From contig CACJOA010000003.1 of NCBI GenBank assembly GCA_902594915.1, positions 4,061 to 68,060 of the forward strand: DNA of 64,000 nt, given 5' to 3'. The notes under the pieces were generated by a model that was given only the letters and a program-made list of their open reading frames with translations, was not told the DNA's origin and did not search any database. Shown one piece after another: positions 1-9,903 of the stretch. A program made the position numbers and the translations under genes. Origin of the DNA: an uncultured Pelagibacteraceae bacterium. GTDB lineage: Bacteria > Pseudomonadota > Alphaproteobacteria > Pelagibacterales > Pelagibacteraceae. The stretch's first letter is position 1, and each line of letters starts with the position of its first letter.

Positions 1-374
1 AATTAATTGCTAGAAGGATTGTTTACATTGGTTTCTCAATAGGAGTAAGTTTTACCCTATTATTTTCTACCAATTTTGGAGACCTTATATCAATAAGAAT
101 TGCTCTAGGCTCAGGCACAGCGTTTTTAGTAGCACAATTACTCGATGTACAAATTTTTGATAAACTCAGAAAAAAAGATTGGTTTATTGCTCCATTGACT
201 TCATCCATAATTGGTTCAACTGTTGATACCTTTTTGTTCTTTTCAATTTCATTTTATGGAACTGGAGTACCTTGGATCTCACTTTCATTAGGTGATTTAG
301 CAGTAAAAATTTTCGTTGCATTAATAATGCTGATACCGTTTAGGTTGTTACTAAAAACTTTTAAACCAATTTAA
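1..374 (+). CDS. Queuosine precursor transporter (YhhQ/VUT family), 3' part only
   Basis: Manual translation of frame 3: ...IRIALGSGTAFLVAQLLDVQIFDKLRKKDWFIAPLTSSIIGSTVDTFLFFSISFYGTG...; stop TAA at 372-374; not in ORF track (truncated). Confidence 0.85.
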   Translation, partial: LIARRIVYIGFSIGVSFTLLFSTNFGDLISIRIALGSGTAFLVAQLLDVQIFDKLRKKDWFIAPLTSSIIGSTVDTFLFFSISFYGTGVPWISLSLGDLAVKIFVALIMLIPFRLLLKTFKPI

Positions 375-375
375 T

Positions 376-1251
376 CTAATAAAAATATTTATAAGATAGA
401 ATTTTATATGCGAGCTTCGCAACAAGAAAATTGTAAGAATTAAATCCTTTAATTGGAGCAAGTTCGTTAATATCTGCACCAACAATATTAGAATTTTTTG
501 ATGCAATTTTTATGACATCTAAAGCCTCATTCCATAGTAAACCACCAGGTTCAGGAGTTCCAGTAGCTGGCATTATACTTGAGTCAAATCCATCAACATC
601 AAATGTGAGGTAAACATTTTTATTTTTTATAAGTTTTTTAAATTTTTCTAAATTCCACCTTGCTTTATCTTTCGCCCAAAAAATATTTATTCTAAATCTA
701 TTTTTTTTCAAAAAAGATACTTCACTCTCCGATATATTTCTTATACCAAAAGAAATTAATGAAACATTCTTAAAATCCAAACATCTTCTGATTGCAGAAG
801 CATGAGAAAATTTTTCTCCATTATAACTATTTCTAAGATCTGCATGCGCATCAAAATGTAAAATATAGATTTCTTTGAATTTTTTAACAAATGGCTCGAT
901 ACATCCTGGTGTTATTGAGTGCTCACCTCCCAAAGTCATAGGAAAAAGTTTTTTTTCTAAAAGAGTTTTATTTATGTTTGATATTTTTTTTAGGGCTTTT
1001 TCGATATTCTTATCAATTTTGAAAGGTTTTAAAGTCTTAATACCTATTTTTTTATATGGCTCACAATTTAGCTCCTCATCGTATAATTCAACTTGATGTG
1101 AGGCCTTTATTATTTCTTTGGGACCATTTTTTGTACCACCGCCATAACTTACAGTTTTTTCTAGACCAAAAGGTATAATCACAACCTTTTCTTTAATAAT
1201 AAATTTATTATCCACTCCGAGGAATCCTTTTTTATTTGAAAGATAATTCAA
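376..1251 (-). CDS. speB: Agmatinase / ureohydrolase
   Basis: GGEHS, DAHAD, DVDGFD, ATGTPEPGG motifs; likely TTG start at 1251 just after the upstream stop rather than 1329. Confidence 0.9.
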   Translation of the reverse strand: MNYLSNKKGFLGVDNKFIIKEKVVIIPFGLEKTVSYGGGTKNGPKEIIKASHQVELYDEELNCEPYKKIGIKTLKPFKIDKNIEKALKKISNINKTLLEKKLFPMTLGGEHSITPGCIEPFVKKFKEIYILHFDAHADLRNSYNGEKFSHASAIRRCLDFKNVSLISFGIRNISESEVSFLKKNRFRINIFWAKDKARWNLEKFKKLIKNKNVYLTFDVDGFDSSIMPATGTPEPGGLLWNEALDVIKIASKNSNIVGADINELAPIKGFNSYNFLVAKLAYKILSYKYFY

Positions 1252-1255
1252 TTTT

Positions 1256-2302
1256 CTATCCAAAAATTTTAGAGAAGTTTTTTCGGCTTCTTTTTTTCCA
1301 TTCACCCTTATGATATGCATCACTAGCAATTAAAGGTAATACACTTGTAGCTTCAGCAAAAACCATTTGTTCTTTTGTGATGTCAACTTTACCCCATGAA
1401 CTTGCTTCTTTTAAAGTTGAACTACTACAAGCTCCATCTCGAGAGTCCGCCACAGTTATTTGAATAGCGTATTTGTGCATATCTACGTCTTTTCCTAATA
1501 GTTCAGCACATATTACAGTATCTTGAATAAAATTTTTTGGTACACCGCCTCCTATCATAAACAAGCCAGATCCTTTTGATTGGATTTTGATTTCAGTTAA
1601 TTCCCTAAATTCTTTAATTGAGTCAATAGTTATATGTTTTTTAGGGTTCTTTTCCTGATGAATAACTAATCCAAAACCAGCACTTGAGTCTGTAAATGCT
1701 GGACAGAAAATAGGCACGTTGTTATCATAAGCTGTTTCAATCAACGATTCTTTTTTGACAGAATTAGATTTTAAGTATTTACCCATTTCATATATAAATT
1801 CTCTAGAGGTATAACTTTTAGGTTCAAGATTATCTGCTATCTCACAAATTTTTTTGTCACAAACTTGTAATTCATCTTCATCAATATAAGTGTCATAAAT
1901 TCTGTCAATATAATTTTTTCGTAATTCATTATCATTCTGAAATTGTGATCCTTGATAATGTTTAAAACCTAATGCTTCGAAAAAATCCATATCTACAATA
2001 GATGCACCAGTGGCAACTATTGCATCTACCATGTTGTATTTTACGAGATCTCTATAAATATTTAAACAGCCAGCTGCTGAAGTTGAACCAGCTAAAGTTA
2101 AAAAAATTGTGCAATCTTTATCTTTTAACATTTCATTATAAATATTTGTAGCATTAGCTATCTCTCTTGAGACAAATGACATTTTTTGCATAGATGAAAT
2201 AATTTTTCTTGAGTCAAAAGCTTTAATATCTATGTGTTCGACAGGATTTTTTAAAAAATCTTTTTTACTATTATGACCCAAATTTTTTTTTTCAGACATC
2301 AA
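1256..2302 (-). CDS. Deoxyhypusine synthase-like homospermidine biosynthesis protein
   Basis: DRIYD, PIFCPAFTDSSAG, IGGGVPKNF, DGACSSSTLKEASSWGK motifs of the DHS family. Confidence 0.88.
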   Translation of the reverse strand: MMSEKKNLGHNSKKDFLKNPVEHIDIKAFDSRKIISSMQKMSFVSREIANATNIYNEMLKDKDCTIFLTLAGSTSAAGCLNIYRDLVKYNMVDAIVATGASIVDMDFFEALGFKHYQGSQFQNDNELRKNYIDRIYDTYIDEDELQVCDKKICEIADNLEPKSYTSREFIYEMGKYLKSNSVKKESLIETAYDNNVPIFCPAFTDSSAGFGLVIHQEKNPKKHITIDSIKEFRELTEIKIQSKGSGLFMIGGGVPKNFIQDTVICAELLGKDVDMHKYAIQITVADSRDGACSSSTLKEASSWGKVDITKEQMVFAEATSVLPLIASDAYHKGEWKKRSRKNFSKIFG

Positions 2303-3483
2303 GCAACTAAAGTAGCTTTATTATTATCTTTATCATAAAGAGTCATAATTGGATTATCCTCTACTTCATAAATTTCATTCGAATAAAAACCGTTAAATTG
2401 AGTTCTAAAAGTTAATCCGTAAGCTCCAAGCTGCCCAAGTTCAATATAATCGTTTTCTTTTATATTGTTCGGAAGGAGGAATGGACCTTTCATATAATCC
2501 ATACTATCGCAGGTTGGACCATAAAAATCAAAAGCAGTTAGTTTTTTTGAAATAATTTTGTTTGAATTATCCTTAATCATTTTAGATGGGTAAACAATAT
2601 TAGGTGTACCAGCATCAAAAAGTGTTCCATAAGTTCCATCATTTATGTAAAGTTTTTGTTTTTTTCTTAAGTTTACCCTTACAATTGTTGATCCACTTTC
2701 AGCAACTAATGCTCTTCCAGGTTCACAAATAATTTCAGGACAATTGTTGAGTTTAAGTTCTTCTAAATTTTTTTTTATTTCTTTAATGTAATTTTTTAAA
2801 GCTTGTGGAATTAAGTCAGGATAAATTGTTGGAAAACCTCCACCAACATTTATATAATCTGGATTAATTTTTGTTTTTTTAATAATATTTCCAATTTCTT
2901 TAATGCCTTTAGCATAAGAAATTGGATGCATACATTGAGAACCAACATGAAAACTCAAGCCAATTTTATTAGAATGTTGTTTTACCAATCTAAGCAAACC
3001 TACGGCCTCTGAATTTAATGCACCAAATTTCTTAGACAGGTCTATTTCAGCATGTTCATTTGATACTGCCACCCTGACAAATAATTCAAGATCTTTAGCA
3101 TTACTAGTGCTTTCAATAATCTTTATTAATTCATCTTTAGTATCAAGTGCAAAAGTTTTAATTCCATAATTGAAATAGGCTTCACTAATACTTTCCCTGC
3201 TTTTAACTGTGTGCATATAAGAGCATTTAGCAGAGTCGCTGTATTTCTTAACTGATTTAATTTCATCTACTGAAGCAACATCAAATTGCTCAATTCCACT
3301 TTTTATCAAAGTTTTTATTACCTCAGGATTAGGGTTTGTTTTTACCGCATACAATACTTTGCCTGGAAAATTTTTTTGAAAATATTTTGATGCAGAAAGA
3401 ATTGAATTCTTTCTTATACAATATATTGGTTTATCAGGTTTCAGTCGATTTACTAAATCTTCAACTGACTTAAATTTTTGCAT
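2299..3483 (-). CDS. Fold-type III PLP decarboxylase (ornithine/lysine/arginine decarboxylase family)
   Basis: YAVKTN (PLP lysine), FHVGSQ, NVGGGFP, CEPGR, GPTCDSMD, GAY motifs. Confidence 0.9.
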   Translation of the reverse strand: MQKFKSVEDLVNRLKPDKPIYCIRKNSILSASKYFQKNFPGKVLYAVKTNPNPEVIKTLIKSGIEQFDVASVDEIKSVKKYSDSAKCSYMHTVKSRESISEAYFNYGIKTFALDTKDELIKIIESTSNAKDLELFVRVAVSNEHAEIDLSKKFGALNSEAVGLLRLVKQHSNKIGLSFHVGSQCMHPISYAKGIKEIGNIIKKTKINPDYINVGGGFPTIYPDLIPQALKNYIKEIKKNLEELKLNNCPEIICEPGRALVAESGSTIVRVNLRKKQKLYINDGTYGTLFDAGTPNIVYPSKMIKDNSNKIISKKLTAFDFYGPTCDSMDYMKGPFLLPNNIKENDYIELGQLGAYGLTFRTQFNGFYSNEIYEVEDNPIMTLYDKDNNKATLVA

Positions 3484-3628
3484 TCTTAATGCCCCCTAAA
3501 AAAAATTTAACAAAAAAAAAGTCTTTTTTAAAAAAACTTTAATAATCGAGCACTTAATTCAATAAATATTCATTGTAAAGCAAATAATGACCTATTGAAT
3601 TGTGGAAAATTATATCCATATAAATACT

Positions 3629-4192
3629 ATGAAAAACGAAGCACCTTTACAAAATTTAGCCGATTTTGAGAATAAATCGCTATTAATCGTTGATGATGAT
3701 AATCCTTTTAGAGAAAGATTAGCTAGAGCAATGGAAAAAAAGGGATTTGAAGTTATTCAAGCTGAAGGTGTGCAGAAGGGTATAGACTCAGTTAGGTCTA
3801 AAAAACCTGGGTTTGCGGTAGTTGACCTTAGGTTAGGTGATGGAAACGGATTAGAAGTTGTAAAAGAAATTCAAACCTCAAACTCCTCAAGTAGGATTAT
3901 TATGTTAACTGGATATGGAAATATTCCAACAGCTGTTGCAGCGATAAAAGAGGGCGCTATTGATTATTTAGCAAAACCAGCAGATGCAGATGATGTTGAA
4001 AAGGCCTTATTAGCTGATCCCGCAAAAAAAGCTGCGCCCCCAGAAAACCCCATGTCAGCTGATAGAGTAAAATGGGAACATATCCATAGAGTATTTGAAT
4101 TATGTAACCGAAATGTTTCAGAAACTGCGAGGAGATTAAAAATGCATAGAAGAACTCTTCAAAGAATCCTATCTAAAAGATCTCCTAAATAA
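3629..4192 (+). CDS. regA: RegA/PrrA/ActR redox response regulator
   Basis: Receiver domain plus PPENPMSADRVKWEHIHRVFELCNRNVSETARRLKMHRRTLQRIL signature; ATG 3629 preferred. Confidence 0.95.
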   Translation: MKNEAPLQNLADFENKSLLIVDDDNPFRERLARAMEKKGFEVIQAEGVQKGIDSVRSKKPGFAVVDLRLGDGNGLEVVKEIQTSNSSSRIIMLTGYGNIPTAVAAIKEGAIDYLAKPADADDVEKALLADPAKKAAPPENPMSADRVKWEHIHRVFELCNRNVSETARRLKMHRRTLQRILSKRSPK

Positions 4193-4736
4193 TTTTCCTA
4201 AATTTTAATAATTTTTTCGCCAAGATTGTTAAAAGAGAAATTTTTGTTATTTCTGCTGCTAAGAAGGGTATGACCCCTAACTCTATCAAAGGTTTATCCC
4301 AACCTATTATTATTCCCAACCAAGTGATACCCAAAATATAGATGGTTGAAACAGATAATACTAATTTCATAAATATGTAAAAATAACTATCATCTATTTT
4401 TATAAATGATGCAAAAAAGCATGCTGATAAAAACCCCAATAAATAACCCATTGTTGGTCCTGTAAAATAAATCCATCCAACACCTTTTTCAGGAGAGTTA
4501 GCAAAAACAGGAAAGCCAACAATTCCCTCAATTAGGTAAAGTCCTATAGTAGCTAAACCAATTTTATATCCAAAACACATTCCTAAAAATAATACAACAA
4601 AAGTTTGCATGGTCATTGGCACAGGGTAAAATGGAATTTTAATTTTTGCGGAAATTGTCAAAATTAAAGATCCAAAAAAAATTATCAATATAGATTTAAT
4701 TATTTGGTTTTGAGAATTTTGCTTTATAAGTTCCAT
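4185..4736 (-). CDS. bioY: Biotin transporter BioY
   Basis: PVPMTMQTF, G.PVFA, GPTMGYLLGF motifs; hydrophobic. Confidence 0.92.
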   Translation of the reverse strand: MELIKQNSQNQIIKSILIIFFGSLILTISAKIKIPFYPVPMTMQTFVVLFLGMCFGYKIGLATIGLYLIEGIVGFPVFANSPEKGVGWIYFTGPTMGYLLGFLSACFFASFIKIDDSYFYIFMKLVLSVSTIYILGITWLGIIIGWDKPLIELGVIPFLAAEITKISLLTILAKKLLKFRKII

Positions 4737-4782
4737 AAAAAATAATACTCTTATTTCAATCTATAATCTATAATTATTTATA

Positions 4783-7557
4783 ATGGATAAAATAAAAAAA
4801 ACAGATCATTTTTATCTTATTGATGGTTCCGGATATATTTTTAGAGCTTATTATGCATTACCACCTCTATCGAGAAAAACAGATGGATTGCCAACTGGAG
4901 CAGTAAGTGGTTTTTGTAGCATGCTTTTTAAACTTCTTGAAGATTCCAAATCAAAAGAGAATTTACAAAGACCATCTCATTTTGCAGTAATTTTTGATTC
5001 TGCAAGAAAAACATTCAGAAATGATATTTATAAAGATTATAAAGCAAACCGAACAGAAGCACCTGATGATTTAGTACCCCAATTTGAGTATATAAGAAAG
5101 TCAGTTTTAGCATTTAATTTACCATCTATTGAATTAATGAATTATGAGGCAGATGATCTGATAGCGACTTATACAGATAAAATTTTAAAAGCTGGAGCGA
5201 AAGTAACGATAGTCTCTTCAGACAAAGATTTAATGCAACTGTATAAGAAAGGTGTTCGAATATATGATCCTATGAAAAATAAATTTGTTTCTGACGAAGA
5301 TGTTTATAAAAAATTTGGTGTCGAACCAAGTAAGGTTATTGATGTTCAGGCATTAGCAGGAGATAGTAGTGATAATGTGCCTGGCGTTCCTGGGATAGGT
5401 ATAAAAACTGCTGCAGAATTAATAAATAAATATGGAGATCTGGAAACTCTTTTAAAATTTACAAATGAGATAAAGCAAAACAAAAGACGGGAAACATTAA
5501 TTGAAAATAAACATAAAGCATTAATAAGTAAAAAGTTGGTCACTTTAGAACACAATGCACCAATAAAAGAGGAATTATCAGAGTTTCGATTAAAAGAGAT
5601 TGATAAAGACAAACTTTATAAATTTTTAAGAGAAATGGAATTTAATAGACTGCTAAGTTCAGCTATTGCGGCTTATGGAGAACCAAATTTTAAGGAAAAA
5701 ATAAACGAGTCTCAAATCTTAAAAAATCAAAAGCCAATATCTAATAAAGATTATTTTTTAATTACAAATATAAAAGAAATTGATGATTGGATAAGTGATG
5801 CAGAAGAAGCTGGAGAGGTTGCTGTTGATACTGAGACAAATTCATTAGATCCTCACCAAGCAGATTTAGTAGGTATATCTCTAAGTTCAAAAATCGGAAA
5901 AGCTTGTTATATACCTATCAATCATAAAAACCAAAAGAATATTGAAAAAAATAAAGTTCTAGAAAAATTAAAACCTTTACTTGAAGATTCAAGTATTAAA
6001 AAAATTGGTCAAAATATAAAGTTCGATTTTATTGTTTTAAATAAATATGGAATAAATATTTCTGCAATGGAGGATACAATGCTCATGTCTTATGTTCTTG
6101 ATGCAGGAAAAAATAGACATAATATGGATACGCTATCAGAAATTCATTTAGGGCATAAAACAATTCCTTTTAAGGATTTAGTGGGAACAGGAAAGAAAGA
6201 AATAAATTTTAGCGAAGTTGAAATCGAAAATGCAAAAAATTATGCTGCTGAGGATGCTGATATTACTTATAGATTATATAAAAAATTTTCAAAAAGCCTT
6301 AAAGATGAAAAATTAGTAAATATTTATGAACTTTTTGAAAAACCCATGATTACTATTTTGGCAAATATGGAAATTGAGGGTATAAAAATAGATTATAAAT
6401 TTCTTAAAGTTTTGTCATCGAATTTTGAAAAAAAAATTTTGAAAATTCAAAAGGAAGTTTTTAAAATATCAAAAAAAGAATTTAATATTGCATCACCAAA
6501 ACAATTGGGTGAAGTTTTATACAATGATCTTAAAATTGCAGATTTAAAGAGAACTAAAAAAGGTAGCTTTGCTACAAGTGCTTCAGTATTAGAAGATCTT
6601 GCTTTTAAAGGACATAAATTTCCAAAGTTAGTATTAGATTGGAGACAAATTTCAAAACTTAAAAATACTTATTCAGATGCATTGCCAGAACATATTAATC
6701 CCCTTACAAAAAGAGTTCACACTTCTTTTTTACTCGCTGCTACTACAACTGGAAGATTAGCTTCTAGCGAGCCAAACTTACAAAATATTCCAATAAAATC
6801 TGAGGATGGCAAAAATATCAGGAAGGCTTTTATAGCTAAGAAAGATCACGCTTTAATTTCTGCTGATTATAATCAAATTGAAATGAGAATTTTAGCAGAC
6901 ATTGCTGACGTAAAAGAACTTAAAAAAGCTTTTAAAAATAATGAAGATATTCATTCATTGACTGCAAGCCAAATTTTCAATGTTAATATAAAGAATGTAA
7001 ATGAAGACCAAAGAAGGAAAGCAAAAGCAATAAATTTTGGGATAATTTATGGGATTTCTCAATATGGATTGGCAAAACAAATTAATGTGTCTAATCGCGA
7101 GGCTGAAGAATTTTTAAAATCTTATTTTGCAAAATTCCCTGAAATAAGAGTTTACATGGATAAAACTATTAAATTTTGTAGAAAAAGTGGATATGTGAAT
7201 AATATCTTTGGTAGAAGGTCTCATTTTGAAAATATCAATGATAAAAATTACAATGTTAGAAATTTTCAGGAACGTGCAGCAATCAATGCTCCTATTCAAG
7301 GCTCCGCTTCAGAAATTATGAGACTGGCAATGATAAGATTGCAAAAGAGGCTAATGGATTACAAAAAAAGAGAAACTAAGATATTGTTACAAATTCATGA
7401 TGAGTTAATTTTTGAGTCACCAAAATCAGATGTGAAAAAAATTAGTAAAATAATAATGGAAGAAATGACCAGTGTTGTAGATAGTGATCTTCACTCATTT
7501 TCAATACCTTTAACCGTAGATTTAAATACTGGTGATAATTGGGGCTCACTACATTAA
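4783..7557 (+). CDS. polA: DNA polymerase I
   Basis: 5'-3' exonuclease (LIDGSGYIFRAYYA), 3'-5' exonuclease (DTET), polymerase (DYNQIEMR, KAINFGIIYG, QIHDEL). Confidence 0.99.
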   Translation: MDKIKKTDHFYLIDGSGYIFRAYYALPPLSRKTDGLPTGAVSGFCSMLFKLLEDSKSKENLQRPSHFAVIFDSARKTFRNDIYKDYKANRTEAPDDLVPQFEYIRKSVLAFNLPSIELMNYEADDLIATYTDKILKAGAKVTIVSSDKDLMQLYKKGVRIYDPMKNKFVSDEDVYKKFGVEPSKVIDVQALAGDSSDNVPGVPGIGIKTAAELINKYGDLETLLKFTNEIKQNKRRETLIENKHKALISKKLVTLEHNAPIKEELSEFRLKEIDKDKLYKFLREMEFNRLLSSAIAAYGEPNFKEKINESQILKNQKPISNKDYFLITNIKEIDDWISDAEEAGEVAVDTETNSLDPHQADLVGISLSSKIGKACYIPINHKNQKNIEKNKVLEKLKPLLEDSSIKKIGQNIKFDFIVLNKYGINISAMEDTMLMSYVLDAGKNRHNMDTLSEIHLGHKTIPFKDLVGTGKKEINFSEVEIENAKNYAAEDADITYRLYKKFSKSLKDEKLVNIYELFEKPMITILANMEIEGIKIDYKFLKVLSSNFEKKILKIQKEVFKISKKEFNIASPKQLGEVLYNDLKIADLKRTKKGSFATSASVLEDLAFKGHKFPKLVLDWRQISKLKNTYSDALPEHINPLTKRVHTSFLLAATTTGRLASSEPNLQNIPIKSEDGKNIRKAFIAKKDHALISADYNQIEMRILADIADVKELKKAFKNNEDIHSLTASQIFNVNIKNVNEDQRRKAKAINFGIIYGISQYGLAKQINVSNREAEEFLKSYFAKFPEIRVYMDKTIKFCRKSGYVNNIFGRRSHFENINDKNYNVRNFQERAAINAPIQGSASEIMRLAMIRLQKRLMDYKKRETKILLQIHDELIFESPKSDVKKISKIIMEEMTSVVDSDLHSFSIPLTVDLNTGDNWGSLH

Positions 7558-7609
7558 TTTAATTTGATTGCCCAAATTAGAACAATTTAGTATTTTTATA
7601 CTTAATACT

Positions 7610-8317
7610 ATGCATAAACAAACAATTGCTTTAATAGACGATGATAGAAATATTCTTACGAGTTTAAGTATAGCTCTAGAAAAAGAAGGTTTTAAAGTTC
7701 AGACTTATATTGATGGAGAAAGTGCCTTGATCGGATTAACGAGAACCCCTCCAGACTTGGCAATTGTTGACATTAAGATGCCCAAAATGGATGGTGAAGA
7801 ACTATTGAAGAAATTAAGAAAAAAAACTTCTTTACCTGTTATTTTTTTAACATCAAAAGATGATGAGATTGATGAATTATTAGGGTTAAAATTAGGTGCA
7901 GATGATTTTGTTAAGAAGTCAGGAGGATTTTCTATAAAAGTTTTAATTGAGAGAATTAGAGTACAATTAAGAAAAAAAGATACAAAAGAAATTATAGAGG
8001 AAAATAAGAGTATTATTTCTCACGGAAAGTTAAAATTAGACCCATCACAATTAGAATGTGAATGGAACGGTAAACAATTACCAGACAAGCTTACAACCAC
8101 GGAGTTTTTGTTAGTAAAAGAATTAGCTAAAAGGCCTGGAATTATAAAAGAGAGAGCTCAATTAATGGATATAGCCTATAGAGAGGATACTGATATTGAA
8201 GATAGAACTATTGATAGCCATGTAAAAAGAATTAGAAAAAAATTTAAAAAAGTTGATCCAGATTTTTCAGCTATTGAAACAAGATATGGAAGTGGATATA
8301 GATGGAATGTTAGCTAA
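7610..8317 (+). CDS. chvI: OmpR-family response regulator ChvI
   Basis: DIKMPKMDG, DRTIDSHVKRIRKKFK; paired with ChvG upstream of ahcY; ATG 7610 preferred. Confidence 0.9.
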   Translation: MHKQTIALIDDDRNILTSLSIALEKEGFKVQTYIDGESALIGLTRTPPDLAIVDIKMPKMDGEELLKKLRKKTSLPVIFLTSKDDEIDELLGLKLGADDFVKKSGGFSIKVLIERIRVQLRKKDTKEIIEENKSIISHGKLKLDPSQLECEWNGKQLPDKLTTTEFLLVKELAKRPGIIKERAQLMDIAYREDTDIEDRTIDSHVKRIRKKFKKVDPDFSAIETRYGSGYRWNVS

Positions 8318-9858
8318 TGTTCAATCAATTTCTTAAAAATTTATCGATCTTAAAAAAATTTTTATTTATTAATTTAATTTTTTTTACAATAATTGGTTTA
8401 TTCACATTTATATATATTAAAAATGTGCAACCAAATTTAATCAAAAAAAAATCATCTAACCATATCGAAGTTATTAATAATACAATTGATAATTTAATTA
8501 GATTGGATGTAGAGTTTGTTGAAGGTGATATAAGGAGATTTTTATTTTCTACGAGATTTTTATTTCAAAACCTTGATAGAGTAATATTTTTTGATAGTAA
8601 ATTAAATTTAGTTGGAGACACGGATACTTTGGATTTAGATCCAAGGTCATTTCAAAAAAGACTAAATACAATTGAATTAGAAATTCTTAGTGAGGAAAAA
8701 ACAAAAGAAACTATAGAAAAAAAAAATATTGATATTGGTAGTGATAATGCTGTTTCTCTAAAAGATATATTATATAATTATGCTGGATCAAAAAATTTCG
8801 GTATTCCATTTACTTTTACACAAGAGGAATTTAATAAATTTAAACTCACCACCATTAAGAACGTGATGAAAAACGGTAAAAATATTGGATATCTAGCTAT
8901 TACAGAAAATGCAAATGATGTTAAGGCAGCTATAGATGAAAGAGAGAGTTTTATAGTAAGAACCGCTATAGCTGTTGGTTTTGTAATAATTATTTTTTCA
9001 TTTGTCTTGAATAGATATTTCTTAAAGCCAATAAAAAATTTAGTTAGTTATACTAAGACAATAAAAAACAAAAATCCAAAAACAACTAGCATTGATGCAC
9101 TCAAATTAAGAAATGACGAATTAGGTCTATTATCAAACTCTTTAGATGATATGACATTAGAATTACAAAAAAGAATCTCTCATGCTGAAAATTTTTCAAC
9201 TGATCTTGTACATGAAATAAGAAATCCACTTGCATCACTTAAAAGTGCATCAGAAATTTTACATGATACAAACGACATTGATCAAAGAATAAAACTTATT
9301 GATATCTTAAGTCATGATGTTCAAAGAATTGAAAGACTAATCACTGATTATTCTCAGATGCTTAAAGATGAAGTAGCACTTAGTAAAGAAAAAATAAAAA
9401 GAATTGATATAGAGCCTATAATTAAATCTGTAGTAGATGACTTCAATAATATTTTTAAACTCAAAAGAGGAATTAATATTTCATATGAAAATGATAAAAA
9501 AAATAAATATTTTATATATGGAATAGAAAATAGAATTGAACAAATAGTTGCTAACCTTTTGGAAAATGCAATTTCTTTTAGTGATGATAATAAATGTGTG
9601 GTAGTTAGAGTTTCCAAAACTGACAAAAATGAGGTAATGATTAAAGTATTAGATGAGGGGGAAGGTTTTAAGGAAAAAGATACTAATAAGATATTTAAAA
9701 GATTTTATAGTAATAGGCCTGACAAATTTGGCCAACATTCTGGCTTAGGCTTAAATATTGTAAAAAACTTAGTTGAATTACATAACGCCTCTATCAATGC
9801 ATCAAACAGAATTGATCAAAAGGGAGCTAGTATGGAAATTATATTTCCAAAAGCTTAA
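8317..9858 (+). CDS. chvG: Sensor histidine kinase ChvG
   Basis: Two TM segments, HAMP, HEIRNPLASL H-box, RFYSNRP..FGQHSGLGL. Confidence 0.88.
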   Translation: MFNQFLKNLSILKKFLFINLIFFTIIGLFTFIYIKNVQPNLIKKKSSNHIEVINNTIDNLIRLDVEFVEGDIRRFLFSTRFLFQNLDRVIFFDSKLNLVGDTDTLDLDPRSFQKRLNTIELEILSEEKTKETIEKKNIDIGSDNAVSLKDILYNYAGSKNFGIPFTFTQEEFNKFKLTTIKNVMKNGKNIGYLAITENANDVKAAIDERESFIVRTAIAVGFVIIIFSFVLNRYFLKPIKNLVSYTKTIKNKNPKTTSIDALKLRNDELGLLSNSLDDMTLELQKRISHAENFSTDLVHEIRNPLASLKSASEILHDTNDIDQRIKLIDILSHDVQRIERLITDYSQMLKDEVALSKEKIKRIDIEPIIKSVVDDFNNIFKLKRGINISYENDKKNKYFIYGIENRIEQIVANLLENAISFSDDNKCVVVRVSKTDKNEVMIKVLDEGEGFKEKDTNKIFKRFYSNRPDKFGQHSGLGLNIVKNLVELHNASINASNRIDQKGASMEIIFPKA

Positions 9859-9903
9859 AGAGTTCTATTGATTAATTAATTCTTTATTGTTAGAAGACCC
9901 CAA

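Noticed and set aside
23-208. Minus-strand 61-aa ORF
   Set aside because: Antisense shadow of the YhhQ-family gene on the + strand
3601-3609. TGTGGAAAA, a DnaA-box match on the reverse strand
   Set aside because: Isolated, inside a promoter spacer, likely chance
9859-9903. SAH/SAM riboswitch upstream of ahcY
   Set aside because: Only 45 nt, filled by a promoter-like element; no aptamer motif recognised
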